From: Schmidtea nova
Taxonomy: Eukaryota
Direction of reading: 5' to 3'
Assembly: GCA_044892505.1 (NCBI GenBank)
Contig: CM097884.1
Coordinates: forward strand, 129,022,001-129,086,000
Length of the DNA stretch: 64,000 bases
In this document: positions 13,966 through 25,218 of the stretch, one piece after another
Numbering within the stretch: position 1 is the stretch's first letter
Layout of the letters: each line of letters begins with the position of its first letter
The notes under the pieces: model-generated
The model's input: only the letters and a program-made list of their open reading frames with translations
Told to the model about the DNA's origin: nothing
Databases searched by the model: none
Made by a program: the position numbers and the translations under genes

Positions 13966-16900
13966 GTTAGTGAAAATAAGAAGTGGATAAACTGAAAATC
14001 AATAATTGATTTGAATATATTTAAATTTCAAATAATTTCGATAAATCATAATTGATTTAGGCTATCATAATTAAGGCTATCGTTTTATAACAAAAATCAA
14101 TAAATGGGAAATTTTTTCGAAACACCGCCATAATTTAAAATATAAAATCAAATCAAAATTCCATATTTAAGATTGAGTTAAATTGACTATTGAAATAATT
14201 TTTATCGATAGTCTAAAAATGGAAATAAATTAAAAACTTTGAAATAAATTATAAAATATTTTTTTTCCGACTACAATTACATTTTTATTTTATTAAAATA
14301 TTTTATTTTTTTTGATCTCTTCTTATTTACAGTTTCGGAAATTTTCATTTATTTTTTTTATAAAAGACCTGATCAAATATTTTTTTTTAAAAAATAAAAT
14401 TTTATTTATTCTTTTTATATAAAAATTATAAATATTTGTTATTTTATTACCTTATTTTAATGGGTTATTGTAGCTAATATTAGTATTATTAAACATTTTA
14501 GAATAATTTTATTTGACTTAAACAATTTACAGAAAACATTCAAAATCATTTAAAATGACTTTTCATTGTTTTATCCGCCACAATTCCTTTGATATTTGTT
14601 CCTTTATGAGCTAGTTGGATAATTATTATAATTAAAATTATTAAGTAAATAGTATTAAATTATACTGTTTATTCAATAGTCTGCATGACTTTTTATGTAT
14701 AATTTTATTCTGTTTTATCTGAATACCGCATTTGATTATTATATTCATCTAATAAAACAACTTTTTCTTTATAATTGAATTTAGTCTCTCTACGTTACTC
14801 AGTACATTTTTAATTGTTTTAATGTTTTGTCATTTTCAGACATCCCAGATCGATATCCAATAACTCCATTCAAACAAAATAAAAGTATGATAAAATTGTT
14901 NNNNNNNNNNNNNNNNNNNNNNNNNNNNNNNNNNNNNNNNNNNNNNNNNNNNNNNNNNNNNNNNNNNNNNNNNNNNNNNNNNNNNNNNNNNNNNNNNNNN
15001 NNNNNNNNNNNNNNNNNNNNNNNNNNNNNNNNNNNNNNNNNNNNNNNNNNNNNNNNNNNNNNNNNNNNNNAAAATAAAGATATAATAATCAAAATTATTT
15101 TAAATTTAATTAATATGAGAAAAAGAGAAACACAAATTTAAATTTATTATTAAATTTTCGACCCTAAAGCCTCCTCAAATTTCAAGTATATATTTATTAA
15201 TGCTATTGAACATCTGCTATCGAATCATTAAAACAACTAATTAACTTAATTTCAAAATATTAATAAAAGAAAGGCCGAATAAAAATGAAACTAAATTGAT
15301 AATTTTTCAAAAAAAAATAATTAGAAATATTTTTTATGGGTTAAATTGTTAGTGTGACACGATTGGGTGTTTTTCGGTTGGATCTGATAATTCCTCACTA
15401 CCTCAAAGTTCATCTGATTAAAACAAAATATCAAAAATAATTTGCCGATGTCAATATTTAATTCGAAAGTCAGTCAGATAACCTTTCACTATTATAAAAT
15501 AGTTGAAATTGACATACTTCATTAACTTGTGAAGCTCGTCCATCGTCTCGACAACATTAAGTAATCAACTAATCTGGTCAAGTAAATATTTATTAAACTG
15601 TAGCCTCTTTCTTTACTTTTAAAAGGCACTTTTTGTAATTATAATAACTATTAGCCCAATAAAAATTATTTTAACGATTCTGTTAACTCCTGAAGTAGGC
15701 ACTGAAACACAACTATAAAGTTTACTGTAGAATCATTTAAGCTGGAAGAAACAAAAGTAATACAACTTAATAAAATATCCCTTTCTGTATGTGACTGTAC
15801 GTATATAGGAAAAAAACATTATCAAATGCAATATTTTTAGCATCAGAAAAATAATAGTTTTCAATTCATTATTTTATTGTAAATAAAAAAAATATTGAGA
15901 AAGTTATTAAAAACAAACACGTAACATATTTTTAAAGCCGTTTCACAGCAGTTTTATTAACACAATCGGTATTTATTTTTGTCATTTGATTGCCGGTTTT
16001 TGCGGCTGTACGATTTGACATTCACGAAATGAATAATAATTGGCAATGCATGTTTACATGCGCCAAAATCAAAGATAGTTTGATGATAAAAACTTTAATG
16101 AGAGAGCTAAAACTTTTCGAAATTCTTTGTAAAATCAAGAGTGAATTTTGATATTAAATTATAATAAATATGTAATTTAGAAATATCAGTGATTATTCAC
16201 TTCAAATTTGATATAATTTATTTTACAATGTAATAATTATGATGATGNNNNNNNNNNNNNNNNNNNNNNNNNNNNNNNNNNNNNNNNNNNNNNNNNNNNN
16301 NNNNNNNNNNNNNNNNNNNNNNNNNNNNNNNNNNNNNNNNNNNNNNNNNNNNNNNNNNNNNNNNNNNNNNNNNNNNNNNNNNNNNNNNNNNNNNNNNNNN
16401 NNNNNNNNNNNNNNNNNNNNNNNNNNNNNNNNNNNNNNNNNNNNNNNNNNNNNNNNNNNNNNNNNNNNNNNNNNNNNNNNNNNNNNNNNNNNNCATTATA
16501 TATTATTAAGAAATTAGCCTTATATATTTTAAATTATTTTTACAGAAATAGAATATATCATTTATTCAACAAAAAGCCTAATTAATTTTTTTGTTAAATG
16601 AAAAAAAATCTGCTGATATTCTATATTGAAACCATTCATTGAGAAAACAAATAAACAAAAAAAATAAAAAGGCAACAAATAAAAAATAATTTATTAAAAA
16701 TATGTTTTGAAAGAAATATAAAAACTTAATTCTTTTTCAATACGATCCTTTTAGTAAAACCAATTTCCTTCGATGAATTGTAAGGAAAACTTCAAAAATC
16801 TTCTAAATCAAATTAGATTGACTACTAATCCAATTTTGGTAGAAAATTTTCAGCATTTCTAAAGTTTACATAAAATATTTGAGAAAATTTAAGATTTAAT

Positions 16901-17687
16901 TTTGCTGATTCAGTATATGTACTGGAATGAAATTTTGTTATTTGGTGGTTTGATATGGCGATTTTCTTTAAATTTGGGAGCCGCATTAGTTAAGGATTCT
17001 TGCATTTTCAATGTTAATAGAATTATAATTAATGAAATACTATTAGGATTCCCGACATGCGCTGTGGATTCATGAAACACGAATCGGTTTTCCATTTGGT
17101 TGAATTTTATTGGTTTATTTAGTTGGTGTTAGTTACCGTGAATACGGTAAGAATTACAACTCCATAAGCTACTTTGAGTTAGAGCCACATGTTTCTATTT
17201 TAGAAGTCCATTGGCCAAATATGATTATTTGAAGTTATTTTTCTTTTTTTGACATAAGGTTAATAGAAATTTTTTTTTCAATAGAAATTTATTGCTGTTT
17301 TTTCTCAAATTATCACTTGATAAAGCAATGCCGAAAATTTTCGCTGATTAATAAATAATCGTTTTTTATATACAAATAAGAAACATAAAAGATGATCAAA
17401 CGTGCCAAGGAATAAAGATTTTTCATATGTCGAGAATATAATAAAATTTTGATAAAGTATTTCATTCAAACAATTAATTTAATATTTTAAATATGTTAAG
17501 ATCAAAATTAATCTTAACACAGAATATAAATATAACTGTTTTTATAAATAATAATAAAAGATATTATAATTGATCTTAGTCGTTTGTTAGTTCCTATTCA
17601 AATAAATGAAATAAAGACAATTACTTTTCTAATGTTTTAATTAACAATAAAATTTACAAAATCTCAATTGTGTTTACTATTAAAAAG

Positions 17688-17746
17688 TGTAGTGCCTCTA
17701 CTTTATGCATATTTATAATATCCTATATATACTAAATTTAAATATC

Positions 17747-17777
<31 letters not shown>
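17688..17777 (+). repeat. Gypsy 5' LTR, left fragment ending in (TATC)n
   Basis: Similar to 39461-39515. (TATC)n runs 17743-17777 up to the Polinton terminus. Confidence 0.75.
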
Positions 17778-17778
<1 letters not shown>

Positions 17779-19160
17779 GTAGTAGGATGTGAGCGCATCA
17801 GATATAGGTCAAGACCCCCCCCCCCTAGAAAAAAAAAAAAAAAAAAAAAATTTTTTATGTAGGTCGATTTAAGGTCAAATTTTTTATGTAGGTCGATTTA
17901 AGGTCAAATTTTTCGCTTAAGGACACTTTAAGGACACTTTAAGGTCAAATTTTTCGCTTAAGGTCATTTTAAGGACACTTTAAGGTCAAAAAAGTATGTC
18001 AAGGTCGTTTTAAGGACATTTTAAGGTGATTTTAAGGTCAAATTTATGGTTTAAGGACACTTTAAGGACAATAAAGTAGGTCAAGGTCGTTTTAAGGACA
18101 CTATAAGGTCAAAAAGAATGCCAATTTAAGGTCACGATAAGGACAAATTAAGTAGGTCAAATATTTTTAAGGTGATTTTAAGGTTAAAATAAGTAGGTCA
18201 GATATAATTTTCAAATTTTTTCTATGTCAGAAAAAAGTAGGTCAAATATTTTTAAGTTGCTATGACAACGAATAAGTAGGTCAACTTTATTTTTTTTTAA
18301 ATTTGCTAGTTGCTATGACAACGAATTAAGTAGGTCAATAATAATTTTGAAAATTTTTCTATGTCAGAAATAAGTAGGTCAACTTTATTTTTTCAAAAAT
18401 TATTCTATGTCAGAAATAAGTAGGTCAAATATAAAAAACTTGAAAATTTTTCTATGTCAGAATTAAGTAGGTCAAATATAAATACTTGAAAATTTTTCTA
18501 TGTCAGAAATAAGTAGGTCAACTTTATTTTTTCAATAATTTTTCTATGTCAGAAATAAGTAGGTCAACTTTATTTTTCTCAAAAATTTTTCTATGTCAGA
18601 ATAAAGTAGGTCGATTTAAGGTCATGATGAGGACAAAATAAGTAGGTCAATAATTTTCAAAAAAGTAGGTCAAATATAAATACTTGAAAATTTTTCTATG
18701 TCAGAAATAAGTAGGTCAACTTTATTTTTTCAAAAATTTTTCTATGTCAGAAATAAGTAGGTCAACTTTATTTTTCTCAAAAATTTTTCTATGTCAGAAT
18801 AAAGTAGGTCGATTTAAGGTCATGATGAGGACAAATTAAGTAGGTCAATAATTTTCAAATATTTCTAAGTAGGTTAATAATTTCTGTATATGGCTATCTT
18901 ACGTGTGTGTATGTTTTTAATAAGGATAATAGTATGCATTGAACGCGCGTTTCACGCGCGTTCTTCTCCTGTTATTGTTTAAGACAAATAACAGTACTCA
19001 TTGAACGCGCGTGAAACGCGCGTTCTGCTTCTCTTGTTGTTTAAAATAAATAACAGTACGAATTTTCTAAGTCAGAAAAAAGTAGGTCAACTAGATAATT
19101 TTCTATGTCAGAATTATGTAGGTCAAATATAAAAACTTTAAAATTATTCTATGTTAAAAA
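17778..19160 (+). repeat. Polinton left TIR (at least 1383 bp; inner end in gap 19161-19513)
   Basis: Reverse complement of 33499-34759. Made of tandem ~10-46 bp units containing AGGTCA/AGGACA/ATGTCA. Confidence 0.95.
18941..19025. other. Pair of 23-bp hairpins with mutually inverted loops in the TIR
   Basis: GAACGCGCG-TTTCA-CGCGCGTTC (18941-18963) and GAACGCGCG-TGAAA-CGCGCGTTC (19003-19025). Mirrored in the right TIR at ~33634-33718. Confidence 0.9.
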
Positions 19161-19649
19161 NNNNNNNNNNNNNNNNNNNNNNNNNNNNNNNNNNNNNNNN
19201 NNNNNNNNNNNNNNNNNNNNNNNNNNNNNNNNNNNNNNNNNNNNNNNNNNNNNNNNNNNNNNNNNNNNNNNNNNNNNNNNNNNNNNNNNNNNNNNNNNNN
19301 NNNNNNNNNNNNNNNNNNNNNNNNNNNNNNNNNNNNNNNNNNNNNNNNNNNNNNNNNNNNNNNNNNNNNNNNNNNNNNNNNNNNNNNNNNNNNNNNNNNN
19401 NNNNNNNNNNNNNNNNNNNNNNNNNNNNNNNNNNNNNNNNNNNNNNNNNNNNNNNNNNNNNNNNNNNNNNNNNNNNNNNNNNNNNNNNNNNNNNNNNNNN
19501 NNNNNNNNNNNNNAAAAATAATAATATAAATAATAATATTAACAACAAAATATATTTTCTAAGTCGGAAAATTTATTGAAACAAAAGCCGAAAATAATAT
19601 TTTTCATATAATAATGTTGATGATGTGATGAAATTGAATAAAGCCAAGA

Positions 19650-22600
19650 TTAAGTTCTTTCAAAGGGATCAGCCCATTCACCGAAATCGTACGGATCATC
19701 GGTATAGTTATTTGACTCATTGATTTCACTTGATAATTCATCCGGTAATTGATTCGGTGGAATGTTATCGTCATAGGTTCTAGCATTGATTCCTAAATAA
19801 TGACCAAATGCGAGACTTGCATTTCTCCCCACCCATTCGCGCTTGTCGTCATTATTGCTAAGAGCTATTTTTGTATTTTTTATCGTATAAAGCTGGTGAT
19901 TTTTAGTTCCTATACGCGTTTGAGGAACAGTTATTATCCGGTCATTTAGATAGCAGTCAAGATAAGATTGATGTTTTATTTCAGTCTCGCCAAGTGTAAT
20001 CCCTTTGGCTTTGTTATATTCAGCATCACCAAGAAGACTATAACATTTAGGACGCAAGAAAACCCATTCCTCATATCTATGACCTTTACTTTCATCCTTA
20101 AATTTCCCTATAACAGAGTCGAGACGTCGTGAATATAATGGATGGTCTGGATCATAGTTTGATGTATCTAAAAGATCATCAGAAATCATAGCTGGTAAGA
20201 GAACATCAAGTTTACAGTGTCTAACCTCAAGAAAGAACGAGTCAGTGTCGCCAGCGACAATTCCTATCTTACAATCAAAGAGGTCCCTATATTTCTGCAA
20301 TTCAATATATTGCAGTTGATACATCCGCAGCTTAGATAGATCTAGTACCGTTTGACCGATATAACTAGGTCTATCTAAGCATATTAAATCTTTATTCAGA
20401 TGTGCTGCAATCAGATCGTCATCAATTTTGATGGACTTTCTGAAAGACGGCTTTGAAGCATATATAATCATCTTTTCAGATGAATTACATAATCTCAAAT
20501 TCATCCGTTTTTTCAGATTTTCGACGGATTTACCATATAGGCTATTATTATTGAGTTTAAAATAATTTTTATCGAGTTTATTGGTAGAGTTTGCTCTTAA
20601 CTGAGTATTCGTATCGATGTAAGCCTTAAAGATTTTCGATTGCTTAAATCTAATCGCTCTATGAATTTTAACTACCTGAACCCCAAGAGAAACAAACATC
20701 TTCAACAGTCTCCAATGTATGACATAGTTATACTTCGGATAATGTGTAAGCATTAACTTGTCAACTTTCGAACCTGGTGGGCACATCTTTTCCGGAGCAA
20801 CAGGGAAATCATCCAAAAACACATGCATGTTTTCAGGAACAATGATATCAACTTCCATAGTGTAACCATATGAAAGATTATCAATATCCGTCGACATGCA
20901 TTCGGTCAAGATATTATCAAGATCATTATGTACCCACCTAAAATCACCAAAAGGAAGATTTTGGCTAAGAGCCCAACCATATAGATTATTAATATCTATA
21001 TATAAAAGCTCAGTGTCATCATCAGTCTTTACATACTTTTTGTTGACGAATGTCAAACCACCCCGTATTCCTCCCTCATAGAAATTATACATTTCCATGT
21101 CTTGAAGGAGTTCAATGGGTTCCTTCAAAGTCATCAAAGCAGATGCCCAACTCATACCGGGAATACCATAAAAATTTAAGGGATCTAAGCCATTGTGAGC
21201 AATGGACTTAGCTCGAAATTGTTGAAAGTAATCCGCTAGAAGAAATACATCCAACTTTAGATAAACCTTCATATAGTCTAACAAGTTGACACAATTATTT
21301 TCAGTCCAAATTTGTTGAGCTCGTAAATAATCAGTCTCAGACACCTTAGCCCAAATCGGAGGCAATTCAAGAGTGGATTCTAGGACTTCAAGACTCGTAG
21401 CAAAATTAAAAGGGAAAATACCCTTACAATCCATAATTGAACCAGTGAAAACTGAAGATGTTAAGGGAAAAACTGACAGAGTTTTAACCGCATTATCTAA
21501 AGACTCTGATACAAATTGATAACTGTCAATAAACCTAACAGCAAGTTTATCAATGTGAGCTATAAGAGAAATAAATTTCTCTGTAGTAGTCGGAATAATA
21601 TTTAATTTCCAAGATGAACAATCAGACAGACCATACTTCAAAATGTGATGTAGGTCATAACCTTTCAAATTATGAAAAATAACAGGTAAGTGTTTTCTAA
21701 TTCTACGGGAAATATTACAAATGTTGCAAGCAGCGCCAAGATATCTACCAGAAAAGTGATCGTGATCACGAACTCTATTTCTAATTGGTTTCTTACATAA
21801 ATAACAATTTGAACAAGTCCTAAAAGCTTCCTGCTCAGCAAATGATAAAGGCCCTAATGGAGTATTTCCGAATAAATCATAATACGGGAGTACTATTGTG
21901 ACAGCAATTTCCTCCACTTTCTTTAAAAATTCTAACACACATTCAAGACCTATAAATTCATAATATGATTTTGAATTATTTAAATTATTTAAAAGTAATA
22001 GACCTGCTGATATCGGTAAATGTTTTTGGTGATACCTGTCATCACCCGGTAAAATTGACTCAAAGTCAGCATAAATTACGAAAGGTGGGGTTACGGTTTT
22101 GGAATAGTCCTTAAATTCTAAATATTTATTTTTTGGTAGACTATAAAGGGTTGCACCTATTTGATTATTTTTACATAAATTAAAATGCTTATCAAAGGTT
22201 TCCTGAATACGGAAACCGTTTAAACATCTGGGACACCATATCGACTGAATCCTATTGGTAACTGTACTATTTATACTACTGTTCATTAACCTTTGCAGAT
22301 TAATAACTGCAGTATAATGGAAAATTCCCTTATCTTCTAATAATAAAAGATAAATAGGGTTTAAATGATTTAATTTTGTGCGATGGATTATTTCCAAGTG
22401 GGGATGATGAGGAACATAATCATCATCTTCTATATCTATATTGTTATTTCTAATCACTTTAGGGTTATAAGATAGCACATTAATGGCTAAGCCAGGGTTA
22501 TTATTTTCGAATTTAGGGATATTGCATAATTTCATGGGACAGTCTTTTAAAGGGTCAAAAACTAAATCATTTAAATACGGTACATAACTCGAGGCTGAAC

Positions 22601-23630
22601 TATGATTATTAACGATTAAATTATATTTTGTTATAGCCAAAACACTATATATAAAACATAAATCATCTGAATTTTTTACATTTATAATTGCCCTTTTATT
22701 TTTTAATGGGTTAGGAGTTTCAAAATGTCCGTGGCCAGATAATCGATTCATGGTAGAAATTTTTGTCAAAATAAAATGGATTTCCATTATTTTATTAACA
22801 ATCCAGCCGCTACCCCGTTGTGTAAAATTTTCTATTTTATTATTTAATTTCCTAATGCTTTCTATTAAGAAATTATCTGAAAAGATCTCAGCTTTAGTGG
22901 ACAAAAATTCATTCTTAAAGACCCCATCTTTTTCAAATTCAATATTAAGGGCGAATTGAATTTTTACGTTCCCCATTTTGATAATTTCTTTATTTAACCG
23001 CACAGAAATTTTTTCTGTGACAGCAATTTGATTAATATTATGGGATTCGACATTAAAAGTTAACGAGCGTCGAGATCCCCTTAAGTCTTTTTCCACTACA
23101 GGCTCATCGTCGATATCAATAGATCCTCCTATTTGATTAATAATTTCCTCATCGTCGCTAATTATAATTACTTCTGGTTTATATTTTTTAGGTGCAATAA
23201 TTTTAATTTTATCAGCAGGTCTTTTCTTGATATTATTATTATTATTATTATTTATATTAATAATTTGAACGTCTGAATTATTTAATAAATTATTGAGTAA
23301 TTTATTCTTAGAAGAATTATCAACAGATACATTATTCGACGAAATTTTAACCGAAGACGATTTCTCAGCAGATACCTTATTCAAAGAAGTTGATTTCTCA
23401 GTAGATACCTTAATCGACGAAGAAGATTGATTTTTACATTTTTTAAAAATAAGTTTTTTCGATTTGAAAAATTGTGTAAGATGCTCATGATGTTTAGAAT
23501 AAAAATCAGAGTAGGGTAGGGATTGTGAAGTCTCACATTTTGGGCATATATAGTAATCAATGCCATTAAACTTCTGACGATAATAAACAGTCATGAGTTT
23601 GTGGCATTGAGTGCTGTGTCTACCTGACAT
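19650..23630 (-). CDS. Protein-primed family B DNA polymerase (pPolB), 1326 aa, with vOTU-like, zinc-finger and endonuclease-VII-like inserts
   Basis: Exo motifs IYADFES, FHNLKGYD, YLKLDV. Pol motifs YIDINNLYG, KLNNNSLYGK, GDTDS, FLRPKCY, KAKGI. OTU-like NSDDLCF...FHY. C2H2-like CPRCLNGF...KHFNLC. EndoVII-like CYLC...RDHDHFSGRYLGAACNICN. Confidence 0.97.
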   Translation of the reverse strand: MSGRHSTQCHKLMTVYYRQKFNGIDYYICPKCETSQSLPYSDFYSKHHEHLTQFFKSKKLIFKKCKNQSSSSIKVSTEKSTSLNKVSAEKSSSVKISSNNVSVDNSSKNKLLNNLLNNSDVQIININNNNNNNIKKRPADKIKIIAPKKYKPEVIIISDDEEIINQIGGSIDIDDEPVVEKDLRGSRRSLTFNVESHNINQIAVTEKISVRLNKEIIKMGNVKIQFALNIEFEKDGVFKNEFLSTKAEIFSDNFLIESIRKLNNKIENFTQRGSGWIVNKIMEIHFILTKISTMNRLSGHGHFETPNPLKNKRAIINVKNSDDLCFIYSVLAITKYNLIVNNHSSASSYVPYLNDLVFDPLKDCPMKLCNIPKFENNNPGLAINVLSYNPKVIRNNNIDIEDDDYVPHHPHLEIIHRTKLNHLNPIYLLLLEDKGIFHYTAVINLQRLMNSSINSTVTNRIQSIWCPRCLNGFRIQETFDKHFNLCKNNQIGATLYSLPKNKYLEFKDYSKTVTPPFVIYADFESILPGDDRYHQKHLPISAGLLLLNNLNNSKSYYEFIGLECVLEFLKKVEEIAVTIVLPYYDLFGNTPLGPLSFAEQEAFRTCSNCYLCKKPIRNRVRDHDHFSGRYLGAACNICNISRRIRKHLPVIFHNLKGYDLHHILKYGLSDCSSWKLNIIPTTTEKFISLIAHIDKLAVRFIDSYQFVSESLDNAVKTLSVFPLTSSVFTGSIMDCKGIFPFNFATSLEVLESTLELPPIWAKVSETDYLRAQQIWTENNCVNLLDYMKVYLKLDVFLLADYFQQFRAKSIAHNGLDPLNFYGIPGMSWASALMTLKEPIELLQDMEMYNFYEGGIRGGLTFVNKKYVKTDDDTELLYIDINNLYGWALSQNLPFGDFRWVHNDLDNILTECMSTDIDNLSYGYTMEVDIIVPENMHVFLDDFPVAPEKMCPPGSKVDKLMLTHYPKYNYVIHWRLLKMFVSLGVQVVKIHRAIRFKQSKIFKAYIDTNTQLRANSTNKLDKNYFKLNNNSLYGKSVENLKKRMNLRLCNSSEKMIIYASKPSFRKSIKIDDDLIAAHLNKDLICLDRPSYIGQTVLDLSKLRMYQLQYIELQKYRDLFDCKIGIVAGDTDSFFLEVRHCKLDVLLPAMISDDLLDTSNYDPDHPLYSRRLDSVIGKFKDESKGHRYEEWVFLRPKCYSLLGDAEYNKAKGITLGETEIKHQSYLDCYLNDRIITVPQTRIGTKNHQLYTIKNTKIALSNNDDKREWVGRNASLAFGHYLGINARTYDDNIPPNQLPDELSSEINESNNYTDDPYDFGEWADPFERT

Positions 23631-24330
23631 GTTGCAATATTTAGGGTATAGAGAGCCTGAATATACAGGAGAAAATTATAAAATGTTTATTATTATTATT
23701 ATTAAAATAGAATATAAAATTAAAATTATACAAATAAAATTGAATTAAAATAGTATTATAAAATATTTGTACATTATCTCGATTTCATCGTGAGATAACG
23801 TAAATTATTATTATAAAAATAACTTGAAATAGTAAGTTTAAAATATTTGAAGAAATATTATAGTAACGAATTTACTATGATATGTCTTGAAATATCTTAA
23901 ATAGTTTAAAATTATTAAAATAATATCATAAATTATTTNNNNNNNNNNNNNNNNNNNNNNNNNNNNNNNNNNNNNNNNNNNNNNNNNNNNNNNNNNNNNN
24001 NNNNNNNNNNNNNNNNNNNNNNNNNNNNNNNNNNNNNNNNNNNNNNNNNNNNNNNNNNNNNNNNNNNNNNNNNNNNNNNNNNNNNNNNNNNNNNNNNNNN
24101 NNNNNNNNNNNNNNNNNNNNNNNNNNNNNNNNNNNNNNNNNNNNNNNNNNNNNNNNNNNNNNNNNNNNNNNNNNNNNNNNNNNNNNNNNNNNNNNNNNNN
24201 NNNNNNNNTAGTAAAATTATTATTATTAATATTAAGAAAATCATTTATTACATATTATAAAATTATTAATTATATATTATAAAATTAAAAAAGTATTTCA
24301 AAATGCTATAAAAATAGAATAAAAACTTAC

Positions 24331-24816
24331 ATTTATCAGATTCATTTTCATTCAAAATATCATCATCATCCGAAATATTATATATTTCCTCCGAATTCTT
24401 TTGCATATCTTCATCATTATTATTATTAAATTGTTTCGACGATTTTCTACATTCGTCATTATTTTCTAAAATAATTTCTAAAATAACAATATATAATATT
24501 AAATAATAAATTACCATTAGTATATTCGGCATCAATATCAGCGGGAAAAATGCGTCCGCGTTGGTCTATCGGTCTGAATAAATTTGATTTAACTTGTCGA
24601 ATTTCTAAAATTTTAAATTTTAAAAAATATATTTAAAATAAAAATAAATACCATTTTGCCCTAAAACAATATTTACTGGGGCTTCATACTTCAACTTGGA
24701 ATCATTCGAAGCTGCTGAAAATTGAAATAATTTAAAGATAATATAATAAAATAAAAAATAAAATTACCCATGGCGGCGACATTCTTCTTTGTTATATTTT
24801 TAATATTATTCAGCAT
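24331..24816 (-). CDS. Spliced Polinton gene (4 or more exons, 3' part in gap), possibly the 5' exons of pPolB
   Basis: Exons 24816-24768, 24714-24652, 24604-24515, 24477-24331. GT-AG introns of 53, 47 and 37 nt, all phase 1. Joined frame is open: MLNNIKNITKKNVAAMAASNDSKLKYEAPVNIVLGQNEIRQVKSNLFRPIDQRGRIFPADIDAEYTNEIILENNDECRK...DK. Next donor GTAAGT at 24330. Confidence 0.65.
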
Positions 24817-24896
24817 GTTGATTGAGAGATTTTAATTAAATTGAATGCAATAGTAAAATTGGTTGTTAAAAAGTGATGAAAAATGAAAAGATAGTG

Positions 24897-25100
24897 TATA
24901 TAACTAAAATTATTCAACGGTTATTAACCGGCCAATCAAATACGTTTTAGGTGAGAGAAATATACGCACACATATATTTCTTTATGGTTATTACACTGAC
25001 GTGTTTATAATACTAGTATGTGTGTCAATATAACATATGATGTCATGTCAGTTTCCATGTGAATTCATAAAGACATGTGAGTTCATGACCTCTGACGTCA
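24897..25100 (-). promoter_or_regulatory. Putative Pol II promoter of the spliced gene/pPolB
   Basis: TATATA at 24897-24902, CCAAT at 24932-24936, CRE palindrome TGACGTCA at 25093-25100. Short motifs in AT-rich DNA. Confidence 0.35.
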
Positions 25101-25218
25101 TTGTCGACTTTATCTAGTCTTTGTTAACTTTGTTAGTTTGCAAATAATAATATTCATTAAATAATAATAATAAAAGACATTAATACAATGAAATAAATTT
25201 ATTGAAATAACAATATAT

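Noticed and set aside
18250-18860. TIR tandem array as a CRISPR array
   Set aside because: Eukaryotic context, no unique spacers (the units are degenerate copies of each other) and no cas genes.
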